From a virus, in the IMG/VR virus record IMGVR_UViG_3300034105_004543, positions 1 through 64,000 of that record: a DNA stretch of 64,000 nucleotides. One strand, written 5' to 3'. Shown here piece by piece: positions 10,735-20,597 of the stretch (positions are counted from its first letter, which is position 1; each line of letters starts with the position of its first letter). A model generated the notes under the pieces. That model saw only the letters and a list, made by a program, of their open reading frames with translations, did no database searches and was not told the DNA's origin. The translations under genes and the position numbers were made by a program.

Positions 10735-10900
10735 ATTTAGATTATTCTATGAGCATGATCTGGATATGAATTGGGTAGAAAATGTACCCTATTATGAATA
10801 TCAGATATTTTTAGCGAATCTTAATAAAAAAATAGAAGCTGAAAATCTCGAAAACCAAGAAAGTGAAGGACTTAAACAGCTATTCAACTTTTCCCGGTAA
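10712..10900 (+). CDS. Small gp51-like hub assembly/chaperone ORF overlapping the end of gp26 (start uncertain)
   Basis: LENYLDIKFRL..VENVPYYEYQIFL resembles the short gp51 of T4-like phages; only a TTG start at 10712 precedes the conserved part; frame is open from at least 10640. Confidence 0.5.
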   Translation: MENYLDIKFRLFYEHDLDMNWVENVPYYEYQIFLANLNKKIEAENLENQESEGLKQLFNFSR

Positions 10901-10928
10901 TTTTTAAAATATATAGGATAAACAAAAT

Positions 10929-12575
10929 ATGGCTTTCGACCAAAAACTTATTTCCCAATTATTGGATCTTAGCAGAAATGTTGAGAAACTTTCGGGTGAG
11001 GTTAAAAAAAATACCACAGTCAATAAGGATCTTGTTAAATCAGATTCCACTGAACCAAAAACTGCGGATCAGTCTAAAGATTTATCCAAGATAGCTGAAG
11101 GGTTAAAATCGATGGATCTTAAAGGCCTTAAGGATGAATTTAAAGGCCTTAAAGATGGATTGAAAGGTATAGATAAGCTTGACTTCAGAGGTCTTGAAAA
11201 TGGGCTTAAAAGCCTTGATTTCAAAGGTCTAGAAAAAGGACTGAAAGGATTGGATTTTAAAGGACTTGAGCAAGGCCTGAAGGGATTGGATTTTAAAGGA
11301 CTTGAGCAAGGCCTGAAGGGATTTGATATAAAGGGAATAACTGAATCATTCAGGGGAATAACCAATATTAAGAATCTGGATGTTGGTGGAATGGCTAAGA
11401 ACATCGTATCTGGTGGGGGTGTTAAGGATCTTATATCTGGATCTATTGGTAAAATAGGTAAGGGAATTCTTGGAAGATTTGAGGAAGGAGGCGAGGTTAA
11501 AAAATCTGGTCCTTATCTTGTGGGCGAGAAGGGACCAGAAATTGCTAATTTATCAAAAGATACAACGGTAGTTCCAAATGATAAGACCGAAGCCATATTA
11601 TCAGGTAAACCCGCAGCGGTCAAAACTAGAATAAGACCAGGTAAATACCCATCGGCTGAGCAGATAGAAGCAAAGAAAAAAGAAATAATTGCTTCTGGTT
11701 CTCTATATGATCCCAACGATCCCGCAGAACTTGCGGAGGAGATAGAAGATTACAAGGAGCATTTTAGAATGAAAAGTTTACAGAGTCCTAATAGTGATAT
11801 TAAGGAAACTTTCACTATGGGGGATGTAGCAAAACTTGGAAAATCTACAAACAAAGACGTAAATTCTGAATCAACTTCCGGTATAAAGAGTCAGATGGAT
11901 GTATTATCAAAAGGATCCCCTGATGCTTCTAGCGCAAAGAAAAAATCTAGAAGAGAGAAAAAAGCTGAACTTGAAGAAAAAAAACCGGGACTTTTTTCCA
12001 AATTGTTCTCTAAGGAGAACATTAAGAGTGTTGATGATAAAATAGGGGGAGCAGCAAGTGGATTATTGGGAGGTGAATTAAAAGATAAACTAACCGGAAC
12101 TTTAAAAGGATCCGCAGAGTCCCTTATCAATAAGGAAAGTCTAGGTATCCCCGATTTTGCTAAGAGTACATTAACATCGGGTCTTTCATTTCTTAATAAG
12201 GGATCAAAGGAAAAATCACCAACACTCTTTGGTGATATGAAGAAGAATCTGCCTACACTTTCCAGTATGCCAGGTATTAAATCCAAGGTTGAAGCTGCAG
12301 CATCTAAGGTAGTAAATAATATCGAATCAAAATCACCAATAAATGATATATTGGGAAATAATACCCCACCTGGTATGGCCAATACAGAAACGGTTAAAAC
12401 TGAGGGTGAATCGTCAGCAGCTGGGCCAAAACCTGGCGGGGAAGGAGGTACTATTACAAAAAAAGACATAGATACAATAATATCTTTACTTTCTAGAATG
12501 GGATCTTTACTGGAAGGACCTTTAAGTGTTGCATCCATGGATTCTCCAATAAGACCTGATTCTAGAAGAGTTTAA
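10929..12575 (+). CDS. Tape-measure-like / hub protein
   Basis: FEEGGEVKKSGPYLVGEKGPE motif typical of tape-measure proteins; amphipathic repeats; follows the gp26/51 genes. Confidence 0.6.
   Translation: MAFDQKLISQLLDLSRNVEKLSGEVKKNTTVNKDLVKSDSTEPKTADQSKDLSKIAEGLKSMDLKGLKDEFKGLKDGLKGIDKLDFRGLENGLKSLDFKGLEKGLKGLDFKGLEQGLKGLDFKGLEQGLKGFDIKGITESFRGITNIKNLDVGGMAKNIVSGGGVKDLISGSIGKIGKGILGRFEEGGEVKKSGPYLVGEKGPEIANLSKDTTVVPNDKTEAILSGKPAAVKTRIRPGKYPSAEQIEAKKKEIIASGSLYDPNDPAELAEEIEDYKEHFRMKSLQSPNSDIKETFTMGDVAKLGKSTNKDVNSESTSGIKSQMDVLSKGSPDASSAKKKSRREKKAELEEKKPGLFSKLFSKENIKSVDDKIGGAASGLLGGELKDKLTGTLKGSAESLINKESLGIPDFAKSTLTSGLSFLNKGSKEKSPTLFGDMKKNLPTLSSMPGIKSKVEAAASKVVNNIESKSPINDILGNNTPPGMANTETVKTEGESSAAGPKPGGEGGTITKKDIDTIISLLSRMGSLLEGPLSVASMDSPIRPDSRRV
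11110..11340 (+). repeat. Coding 36-nt (12-aa) tandem repeat, KGLDFKGLEQGL-like, about 5-6 degenerate copies
   Basis: GGATTGGATTTTAAAGGACTTGAGCAAGGCCTGAAG occurs twice exactly, with degenerate copies upstream. Confidence 0.9.
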
Positions 12576-12618
12576 TAAATAATTCCCAAAATTATTATTT
12601 TATCTCGTATTTTTAATT

Positions 12619-12626
12619 TACATTTG
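12619..12626 (+). promoter_or_regulatory. Bacteroidota-type housekeeping -7 promoter element TACATTTG
   Basis: Matches TAnnTTTG; same element at 25065, 32412 and 47414, each followed by TA and upstream of enzyme genes. Confidence 0.65.
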
Positions 12627-12646
12627 TAGGTATTAAAAAACAATCT

Positions 12647-13210
12647 ATGAATTTCAAGTTTATAATCCACAGTGATATCTCATTTATAACTGATGATTTT
12701 CTCAAAAACCCAACATGGAAGATAAAAAAAAATACATCCGATGGGTGTATATCCTATGAAGTATATTATTCCGATGATACGGATTCACCGCTTGACTCAA
12801 ATCCGAAGGATCATCAGAAGGATTCTATATACATGGAGATGTCTAAAGTCTGGTCAAAAAATTCAAAATGTAAAAGAATGCAGGTTGGATCTTTAATAGT
12901 CAAGGATAAATCTATTATATCTGATGGGTACAATGGATCACCCAGCGGATTTCCTAATATATGTGAGATTGATGACACTACACTTCCATATGTGCTTCAT
13001 GCCGAAGCCAATGCGATAACAAAATTAGCAAGAGGGACTCAAAGTTCCGACGGGTCAACATTATACGTTACTCTATCGCCTTGCTATGAATGCTCAAAGC
13101 TTATAATACAATCGGGTATTAAAAGAGTTGTATTCTCAGAAATTTATAGAAAACCAGAATCAATAGCTTTTCTTGCAGAGGCAGGAATTGAAATCTTAAG
13201 AAAAAAATAA
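12647..13210 (+). CDS. dCMP deaminase
   Basis: SKCKRMQVG, SDGYNG, HAEANAI, TLSPCYECSK zinc motifs. Confidence 0.95.
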   Translation: MNFKFIIHSDISFITDDFLKNPTWKIKKNTSDGCISYEVYYSDDTDSPLDSNPKDHQKDSIYMEMSKVWSKNSKCKRMQVGSLIVKDKSIISDGYNGSPSGFPNICEIDDTTLPYVLHAEANAITKLARGTQSSDGSTLYVTLSPCYECSKLIIQSGIKRVVFSEIYRKPESIAFLAEAGIEILRKK

Positions 13211-13214
13211 AAAT

Positions 13215-13871
13215 ATGCAAAGTAAGGAAAAAAACATTCAAAAATTGGCTGGTGAATTTATTAAATTGAGAGATGATAGATCTTTTAGAAATCTATTCGA
13301 GAGATTAAAGCCCGGAATATTGAATCATTGTTTCTTAATAGTTAAAGATCCTTCGTTAGCTGAAGATGCCTTTTTGAATACTATGTCCAAGATATGGCAA
13401 AAAATAGAGCAATATAACGACGAGAGAGGAAACTTTTCAACGTGGTGTTATAATATAGCAAGGAATGAGACCCTTCTATTAATGAAGGAGGAAAAAAAGT
13501 ATTATGCAAGGACAAGTTTGGAGATGGAATTCTTTTCATCCAATAATGAGGTAGGCGATATGGGGGGTACATATAACATGGAGGGGGATCAATCCAATTC
13601 ATTTTTTAATGAAACAAGTAAATTTGAAGAAATATACGAGTCAGTTATAAACGAAATAGAAGGACTACCAGACCTATATAAGAATATTATGATCGATAGA
13701 GAAATCAATAATATGAAATATAAGGACATAGCTGAAAAATATGGTCTTAAGAAAAGATCGGTAGCAACAAGAATAAGAAGAGCAAGAAACAAGATAACAA
13801 AAAATATTGGTGATAATGCATCGGAGGTTATTGCTGGTAGATCAAGAAATAAGGTAAAGAGGGAGGCATAG
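13215..13871 (+). CDS. ECF-type sigma-70 factor
   Basis: Region 2 LAEDAFLNT..IW..FSTWCYNIARN; region 4 HTH MKYKDIAEKYGL..SVATRIRRAR. Confidence 0.9.
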   Translation: MQSKEKNIQKLAGEFIKLRDDRSFRNLFERLKPGILNHCFLIVKDPSLAEDAFLNTMSKIWQKIEQYNDERGNFSTWCYNIARNETLLLMKEEKKYYARTSLEMEFFSSNNEVGDMGGTYNMEGDQSNSFFNETSKFEEIYESVINEIEGLPDLYKNIMIDREINNMKYKDIAEKYGLKKRSVATRIRRARNKITKNIGDNASEVIAGRSRNKVKREA

Positions 13872-13885
13872 ATAAATACCAATTG

Positions 13886-13912
13886 GAAACTTTGATGAGC
13901 TTTGCTGTATAA
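13886..13912 (+). promoter_or_regulatory. Putative ECF-type (middle) promoter GAAAC-N16-GTATAA
   Basis: Bipartite motif recurring at 15180, 20810, 31438, 47429, 52784 and 63766. Confidence 0.55.
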
Positions 13913-13927
13913 AATAATAAAAATGTT

Positions 13928-14368
13928 ATGTTTAAATTACCTAGAGTATTAAAAGAGATATCTCTATATCGTGAATATACTAAACAAATAAAATCTGAAG
14001 AACTTAATTCTCCCTTATGGAGTAGAAAAAATCTAAGAAGGGATTATCTTAATAGAATATACACTGTTATAAATTTACCTCCTGAGGTTCTGATGTCTAG
14101 AGATTTTCCTAAGGAATCTAGACCTTCATTTATTCTTAGTGAAATAAAACCCATTAATGACTATCTTAAATCGTTAAATTTAGAGGAACTACTTACCTTA
14201 TGGATAGATCCAGTAAAGGGAACTGACGAGGAATCGTATCTGGTTGTTTATCAGTTTGTATTCAGAGAAATCAGCTGGATTTGGATATTTAGATTTATTT
14301 TAGAGATAGCAATTATTCTAGCTGTGGCTATTAAGTGGAGCTGGTTATGTAATCTATTTGGATTTTAA
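13928..14368 (+). CDS. Hypothetical protein with C-terminal transmembrane helix
   Basis: 146-aa ORF with hydrophobic C-terminus. Confidence 0.6.
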   Translation: MFKLPRVLKEISLYREYTKQIKSEELNSPLWSRKNLRRDYLNRIYTVINLPPEVLMSRDFPKESRPSFILSEIKPINDYLKSLNLEELLTLWIDPVKGTDEESYLVVYQFVFREISWIWIFRFILEIAIILAVAIKWSWLCNLFGF

Positions 14369-15180
14369 TGGTTGAAGCTATAGAAAAAGTTAAGAACGAG
14401 ATAAATTCCAAATTAAAATTTTTTGAAGATAGCAATTTTAATTTCGATGAACCATCCCACGTTTATAGATACAAAGGTGTTAAATTTGATTCTGTTACAA
14501 CATATCTTAAAAATTTTAAAACTCCATTTGATAAGGAATATTGGTCGAAAAGAAAAGCGAAGGAGCAAGGTGTTGATCAATCAGTTATACTTAACAAATG
14601 GAAAGAGAAAGGTGACGTTGCTAATGATTTAGGTACAAGAGTTCATAAATATATAGAGGATTTTTGGAGTGGATTAAATCCAGAATTACCGGAAATTGGC
14701 ACCGAATATAGGACAAGAGTTGATAAATTTATGGATCTATATGCAAGAAAATTCCATTCCCTTGTTCCTTTAAAATCTGAGCTTAGAATATTTTCAAAGA
14801 AATGGAGATTGGCAGGAACTATAGATCAGCCTTTCTTATTTTGGGACTCCAAAAGAAATAAAGTTCTTTTTATCCTTGGCGATTGGAAAACTAATGGTGA
14901 ATTTAAGGACGACAATCATCCAAAGGGCAGATATAAAAAATTACTTAGACCGTTTAATTCACTTTATGAAAATCATCATAATGAATATTCTATACAGATA
15001 TCTCTATATAGATTAATATTGGAAGATGAATTAGGCATAGAATCAGAAAGCGGTTTTTTATGCCATATAGGTCCTGATTCCGAACCAAGGATATATCCAG
15101 CTAAGGATTTGAGAGAACCTTTAAGAGCATATCTTGATCAAAATAGATGTAATAATCTGGATATTTTTGATCTAGCATAG
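14368..15180 (+). CDS. PD-(D/E)XK RecB/Cas4-like exonuclease
   Basis: SVTT, GTRVHKYIE, AGTID, GDWKT, YSIQISLY motifs. Confidence 0.85.
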   Translation: MVEAIEKVKNEINSKLKFFEDSNFNFDEPSHVYRYKGVKFDSVTTYLKNFKTPFDKEYWSKRKAKEQGVDQSVILNKWKEKGDVANDLGTRVHKYIEDFWSGLNPELPEIGTEYRTRVDKFMDLYARKFHSLVPLKSELRIFSKKWRLAGTIDQPFLFWDSKRNKVLFILGDWKTNGEFKDDNHPKGRYKKLLRPFNSLYENHHNEYSIQISLYRLILEDELGIESESGFLCHIGPDSEPRIYPAKDLREPLRAYLDQNRCNNLDIFDLA

Positions 15181-15226
15181 AAACAAAATATAAAAAATTA
15201 CTAAAAATATAAAATAAAAAAAAATT

Positions 15227-15757
15227 ATGAGCGAAAATAATAAAAAAAAAGCGATAAAAATTGAAAATGTAAATGCTGGTCCAGGAGCATCGGATGCAGT
15301 TGATTTCAATGATAATGATTTTGTTAGTAATCTGGATCAGGATTTAATCAACGAATTAAATGAAAAACTGGAGGATAAAAAATCTGAGATTAGAACTAAG
15401 GTTTATGCAGTTTCTTGTACTAGAGAGATATTCTCTTTATACAGAGATTTTGTGATAGATAAAGCTGAATGGAATTCAACGGAAGCACTTGGTATTATCC
15501 AAATTAATAAGGAGATTCAAAAAATTGAGAAAGAAGGTATAAAAGACAATGTTATCTATTTAGGTGCTCTTCCTTTAGAGGCTAGCCACTATTTTATCTC
15601 TAAACATAAAGGTGTTGGATTAGCAAGTGCAACTGAATTTATTACATTATACAAAGCTTTCGATCAGGCTTTAAGTGATGCTAAAAAAGATGCCAGCGAG
15701 ATTAAAGATATTGAAGCACAGCTTAATGCAGCAATGCAAGGTATGACTTTAGGATAG
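15227..15757 (+). CDS. Hypothetical protein
   Basis: 176-aa ORF with A-rich start, followed by a terminator. Confidence 0.6.
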   Translation: MSENNKKKAIKIENVNAGPGASDAVDFNDNDFVSNLDQDLINELNEKLEDKKSEIRTKVYAVSCTREIFSLYRDFVIDKAEWNSTEALGIIQINKEIQKIEKEGIKDNVIYLGALPLEASHYFISKHKGVGLASATEFITLYKAFDQALSDAKKDASEIKDIEAQLNAAMQGMTLG

Positions 15758-15764
15758 TATAAAA

Positions 15765-15817
15765 AAACAAACACAAAAAAAGCTAGATTATCGTCTAGCT
15801 TTTTTTGTGTTTGTTTT
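15765..15817. terminator. Long inverted repeat / bidirectional intrinsic terminator
   Basis: AAAACAAACACAAAAAAAGCTAGA-loop-TCTAGCTTTTTTTGTGTTTGTTTT. Confidence 0.85.
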
Positions 15818-15855
15818 CTATGATATATATCATATAAACTTTAAAATTAATAAAG

Positions 15856-16131
15856 ATGAATAAATTTTTAAATGAACATGGGACTAAGATAATTATTCTT
15901 ATTTTGGTACTTATCTATTTTAAATCGTGCAGTAATGGATCTAACATTAAAGCTTTGAAAAAGGAAGTTGTGAAGATTGAATCCAAAATTGATAGTTTAC
16001 CAACTAGTAGAGATATCAGAATTGAAGGATTAAAAGTGGAAAAAAGAATGATCCAATCGACGGATAGAAAAATATTGGATGTTAATAGGCAAAGTGAAAT
16101 AGAGAAGGAGATAGAGGGACAAAAATTATAA
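15856..16131 (+). CDS. Small membrane-anchored coiled-coil protein (possible lipoprotein/spanin-like)
   Basis: N-terminal hydrophobic helix ending FKSC, then a coiled coil. Confidence 0.45.
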   Translation: MNKFLNEHGTKIIILILVLIYFKSCSNGSNIKALKKEVVKIESKIDSLPTSRDIRIEGLKVEKRMIQSTDRKILDVNRQSEIEKEIEGQKL

Positions 16132-16137
16132 ATTGAC

Positions 16138-16737
16138 ATGCATGATAAAAATAAATTAATTAGAGGATTTATAATAGGTACTTTTGTATCTCTTTATGTA
16201 ATAGTTAGTTGTATTTCAACAATACATGTTATTGATTTCTTTAGATTATCAAATCCTGAATGGCTCTCAATATCACTAGCTATAGCATTTGAAATTGGAG
16301 CAGCAGCATCCCTTGCATCCCTTATTGTTTTACATAAGATGAATAAGTTTATAGTTTGGAGCCTTTTCATAGTTTTAACTATGGTTCAGGCAATGGGTAA
16401 TACATTTTATGCATATTCCCACCTGAATGGCTTTGGTAAATGGATAGAATTATTTAATCTTGTTGATGAGGATCTTATCTATCAGAAAAGAATCCTATCT
16501 ATAATAAGTGGTGCCATATTACCCCTTGTTTCGCTTGGTTTTATAAAATCCCTTGTTGATTATATAAAACCCGAGGATAATACAAAATTGGAAATAGCAG
16601 ATAGCACGGAGCAGGAGATATTTCCGGATAAGGATGAACAGAATACCGAACATAAAAGTACACCTGATCAACCGACAAGTTTAAGAGATTTGGTTTATGG
16701 AGAAACACTGCAAATCGATCCTACTAGGTTACAATAA
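16138..16737 (+). CDS. Multi-pass membrane protein (about 4 TM helices)
   Basis: Four hydrophobic segments and an acidic C-terminal tail. Confidence 0.6.
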   Translation: MHDKNKLIRGFIIGTFVSLYVIVSCISTIHVIDFFRLSNPEWLSISLAIAFEIGAAASLASLIVLHKMNKFIVWSLFIVLTMVQAMGNTFYAYSHLNGFGKWIELFNLVDEDLIYQKRILSIISGAILPLVSLGFIKSLVDYIKPEDNTKLEIADSTEQEIFPDKDEQNTEHKSTPDQPTSLRDLVYGETLQIDPTRLQ

Positions 16738-16752
16738 AATAATAAATAATAA

Positions 16753-17469
16753 GTGCAAGATCTAGAAACACCAAGCATTAATAACTACGACGGAGGATCA
16801 TCCTCCCAGTTTCCAGGTGGAAATGAAATATATGGTGGGAGTTCAAATTTTCCAATAGGTCCTAATCAGTATCCTGAAAACGAGTCGGCTCAAAATCCTC
16901 TGGGTGGACCAACGGGGGGATTCAATACGGAATATAGAAATATAGCATTAAATAAAAACCAATTTAAAATTATTGATGCCACCTTTCAGAGGTTTAATGA
17001 ACCTGTTGGCGTAAATTTTATAAAAGAATCTTTTGATGCTGTTTACCAATCCCAGGTTTTGGATTTTCTGGATGTTGCTGATTTTTTCCATCCCCTCCAG
17101 GAATTTTCTAATTATCAGAAACAAACGATTATAATAAATCCAGCAACATCATTCAATCTGGATCCTGGATCTTTTACTGATACTAACGGTGAAATATCAA
17201 TGTTAGTTGCAAAAGCAGAATATTTACCAGATGCTAGTGATGATGATAAAGTTTTATTTTGGGATTATCTAGGATCACAGAGAAATATAATGGGTGGATT
17301 TATGGTTCTAACCGGTGCAATAAAGAAAGGATATAATTGGAAGGGATGGGACATAGATCCATTTAGTACATATAATCACGCAGATATACCTAACAGTGCC
17401 AACGGAGGATTTATATTTACTAATCCAACAAGTATGACGGTGAGATTGACAATAATAACAGCAAACTAA
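16753..17469 (+). CDS. Hypothetical (probably virion) protein, paralogue of the next ORF
   Basis: Shares KAxxP..W.Y.G....MG..MVL.GA...GW....NGG.IFTNP with 17471..17953; GTG start. Confidence 0.6.
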   Translation: MQDLETPSINNYDGGSSSQFPGGNEIYGGSSNFPIGPNQYPENESAQNPLGGPTGGFNTEYRNIALNKNQFKIIDATFQRFNEPVGVNFIKESFDAVYQSQVLDFLDVADFFHPLQEFSNYQKQTIIINPATSFNLDPGSFTDTNGEISMLVAKAEYLPDASDDDKVLFWDYLGSQRNIMGGFMVLTGAIKKGYNWKGWDIDPFSTYNHADIPNSANGGFIFTNPTSMTVRLTIITAN

Positions 17470-17470
17470 T

Positions 17471-17953
17471 ATGGCAACAAGACCAGTAACGTGTCCATAT
17501 GACACACCGGAAGGATTTAGATTTTATCGGGATAATCTAGTTTTAGATGATGGTATGGGAACTCCCAAAAAATATCTCCCAATGAATGACTTTCTTATAA
17601 ATGTGGATTCATTCTCAAAAAGTAGGGTTTCGTTGGATCCTGGGAGATCTTTCTTATTAAGTCAGAGCGACATTGGTGATAATTTAGGATATGTCTCGTT
17701 TATAGCAATAAAGGCAAAATTCCCCGATACTATAGTTGAATCTAAGAAATATTTAACGTGGGTATATAAGGGACAAACGATGAATATGGGGGAATTAATG
17801 GTGCTTTCTGGTGCTAAACAATATTCAACAGACTCGACATATGAGGGATGGAATCTATCTAAACCTAATGATTATATAAATAATGGCGGAATGATATTTA
17901 CTAATCCACATGCTGATTTCCAGATAAAGTTAGAGATATTAATAGGTAGGTAA
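17471..17953 (+). CDS. Hypothetical (probably virion) protein, paralogue of the previous ORF
   Basis: Same shared motifs as the previous ORF. Confidence 0.6.
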   Translation: MATRPVTCPYDTPEGFRFYRDNLVLDDGMGTPKKYLPMNDFLINVDSFSKSRVSLDPGRSFLLSQSDIGDNLGYVSFIAIKAKFPDTIVESKKYLTWVYKGQTMNMGELMVLSGAKQYSTDSTYEGWNLSKPNDYINNGGMIFTNPHADFQIKLEILIGR

Positions 17954-18035
17954 TAAAATATTTCATTTATGAAATATATAGTAAAAAGTTTCTTGTCCTT
18001 GTATGGATATATAATCAATAAAAAAAAAGTAAACC

Positions 18036-20597
18036 ATGGATTTTATAAATCAAGTTAAAAAAGTAAAAGAAATCACAAAATCTCCGGAGGTAAAAGCTTT
18101 ATGCGAAAGTTTCCTTAGTGGTGATTCAGTTTCTAAGGAGAAACTAGTAGTTTTGATTAGCGAACATAATACATCCATGGATTTAGATAATTCTGGAAAT
18201 AATATACACAATCATATGGATTTAATAAAAAGGGAAGAGTCGGAGATCTCTAAAAAAGCTGCTAATTCGCTTATGGAATCTTGGACCGGTTTAGGAAAAT
18301 CTACATCAGGTAGTAATTCTGGATCATATTCAGATAAACCTAAACAAAATAAAAATGAAGAGGACTCGCTATACGAAAATATCAGCAATTTGGAATCCTC
18401 TGATCTTGTTGCAAAATCATTTATTGATACACAAAGTGTAAAGAATCTTGGTATTAGAAATGCTATAGAAAAGATAAAGGAATCTTCCATCTACACATAT
18501 CCTAAAGCTAAAATTGTTTGTGAACAATATCAATATCTTTTGGAAAATAAAGGAGTTCCTGAATTTTCACTTATCAACAATTTCATAAATGAACTTGCTT
18601 CGTTTTCTTGGGACTCATCAATAGCACCCATTGAGGCGGAATTAAGAGAAAAAGCAAAAACATTTTCCAGAGAAATTGAAGTTGCTAAAGTTTTAGAATC
18701 TATAAAAAATAGCGGAAGCTCTTCTTTCTATTCTGAGCTTTCTGAAACACTTAATGAGTGGTTAGTTTCTGAGAATAAATCTAATGGTCTGTTGGTAAGA
18801 AATATCAGTAAATTTAACTTTAATCCAGTAATCAAAAATCTTATAAACTTTTTGAATATACACGAAAGTACTGATAGCAGAAAATTAGAGGTGCCTGTTA
18901 ATATACAAGGAGAATCTAGCGTTTCTAAAGTTTACTCACCGGTTCTTTTCGAGAACGGAAGAACGTTCTTCTTTATAGGTGGATGTATATTTGAAGCTGA
19001 TTCATCTTCCTTAAGAAAATTAGGAAAATCCGAATATTCTTCTCTACCTGAAAATTATCTAAGACTTTCATTAACGACCATGAAGTCTCATGTAAAAATA
19101 AACGAGTCAGGAATCTCTGTTAAACTTGGTAATAAAATAGTTACCATGATTGAAGAAAATGACAAGGTTTCGGTTTATCTTGGAAAAGACAAACTTAGAT
19201 TTGGTGACACCGTAGGTTTGGCTAAAATAATTGGTCTTGAATCCTCATCATATTTTGGTGTTAATGAATCGGAATCAGTAGGTGACATTATGACCCTTTA
19301 TACAAGCTATTCTTCCGTGGTTGAATTAGATTTTGCAAAATCCATAACATCTAATGTTTATGAGGGTCTTGGAATTAATCTTTTCAAGTGGAATGGTCAA
19401 ATATATCTTCAGAAAATAAATGAGGCTATGAGAGAAAATTCACTTTATGAAGTTAATGGATCTCAAGCTGTTGCTATGGTTAAGAACTTTATGAGATATG
19501 ATATCTCGGAGGGTTTAACAGAATTTCTTGATGGTGAATCTAAGGTTAAATCTGTAATGATAAATGACAGAAGTAAAGTTCTTGAAAATATCTCTAAAGT
19601 GGAAGGTGAGATTACAAAAGTTGAAACGCTTATGGAATCTAATTCATTATACAAAAACTCAAAAGAAATCAAGATTGCACATTCTATGCTTGAAAGAGAA
19701 TTACAATCTCTTAAAAGCAAATGGAATCAAATAAATATAGAGATTCAAAAAGTTGATGCTGATATAAAATTACATGCGGATGTCGATTTATTCGAGGATC
19801 AGAAATTTAACATAGGTTCTTTTGTTAAGGTTAAGGAATCTGGAGATACTGGTAAAGTAATTTCAATCGATAGCTCATCAGGAAGATATACAATCCTTCT
19901 GGATACAGGTAAAACTGAGGATCACCAGATAAATGATCTAGCTGATTTGGACGAGGCTTTAAATAAAGCTGCTGATGATAATGCTGAATCTATGGACTCT
20001 GATGACAATAATGACGATAATGGATCAGTTAAAGAATCTAATAACCTTAATAAATCCAAACTACCTGAAAGTGAGCAAAAAAAAATATTAAAGAAATTTG
20101 CTGGTATGCACGGATTCTCTAAAGCTCCTGGTGCGGATAACGGTCAAATAGAAATGGATGGTGATTCCTTACATGGGTATAATAGAACAATGAACGAGGC
20201 TAAAGCGGATCTTAAGAACAGAACATCTAAAACTAAAGACCCAGTAAATGACAAAAAAGCACAGATGTCTGATATTAAAAATAAATCATTGTCTGTTGCA
20301 AGTGATAAGAAGGAAAATTCTAAATTAACTAAAGGTACATCAAATACTAATTTTGCTGAAGCTCCTGGCGATGATAATATAAACAAAGGTAAAAACGTAA
20401 ATCCAAAAAATAATCTGGGTGCTGCTCCTGGTAATCACAATAAAGTAAACGGTAAAGAATTAGGTAAAGATTTAGTTAGAAAAGCTCCTGAGGGTAAAAA
20501 CAAATCTTCTGAATTTAATGCTAATGATGTGAAAGACGAGGAAGTTTATAACGCTGGTTATAATCTTAAAGAATCTGAAGAAGTAAAAAAAAACTAA
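18036..20597 (+). CDS. Large late protein, probable prohead core/internal protein
   Basis: GATATATA upstream; coiled coil, KOW/SH3-like segment, many (I/V/L)-x-E-S motifs, low-complexity tail with APG repeats. Confidence 0.55.
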   Translation: MDFINQVKKVKEITKSPEVKALCESFLSGDSVSKEKLVVLISEHNTSMDLDNSGNNIHNHMDLIKREESEISKKAANSLMESWTGLGKSTSGSNSGSYSDKPKQNKNEEDSLYENISNLESSDLVAKSFIDTQSVKNLGIRNAIEKIKESSIYTYPKAKIVCEQYQYLLENKGVPEFSLINNFINELASFSWDSSIAPIEAELREKAKTFSREIEVAKVLESIKNSGSSSFYSELSETLNEWLVSENKSNGLLVRNISKFNFNPVIKNLINFLNIHESTDSRKLEVPVNIQGESSVSKVYSPVLFENGRTFFFIGGCIFEADSSSLRKLGKSEYSSLPENYLRLSLTTMKSHVKINESGISVKLGNKIVTMIEENDKVSVYLGKDKLRFGDTVGLAKIIGLESSSYFGVNESESVGDIMTLYTSYSSVVELDFAKSITSNVYEGLGINLFKWNGQIYLQKINEAMRENSLYEVNGSQAVAMVKNFMRYDISEGLTEFLDGESKVKSVMINDRSKVLENISKVEGEITKVETLMESNSLYKNSKEIKIAHSMLERELQSLKSKWNQINIEIQKVDADIKLHADVDLFEDQKFNIGSFVKVKESGDTGKVISIDSSSGRYTILLDTGKTEDHQINDLADLDEALNKAADDNAESMDSDDNNDDNGSVKESNNLNKSKLPESEQKKILKKFAGMHGFSKAPGADNGQIEMDGDSLHGYNRTMNEAKADLKNRTSKTKDPVNDKKAQMSDIKNKSLSVASDKKENSKLTKGTSNTNFAEAPGDDNINKGKNVNPKNNLGAAPGNHNKVNGKELGKDLVRKAPEGKNKSSEFNANDVKDEEVYNAGYNLKESEEVKKN

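Noticed and set aside
11891-12538. 215-aa reverse ORF and the other short antisense ORFs in the track
   Set aside because: Fully nested opposite strong genes, with no motifs or promoters
14368-15180. Cas4 as part of a CRISPR-Cas system
   Set aside because: No array or other cas genes, and the four-Cys cluster is not evident; solo PD-(D/E)XK nucleases are common in phages
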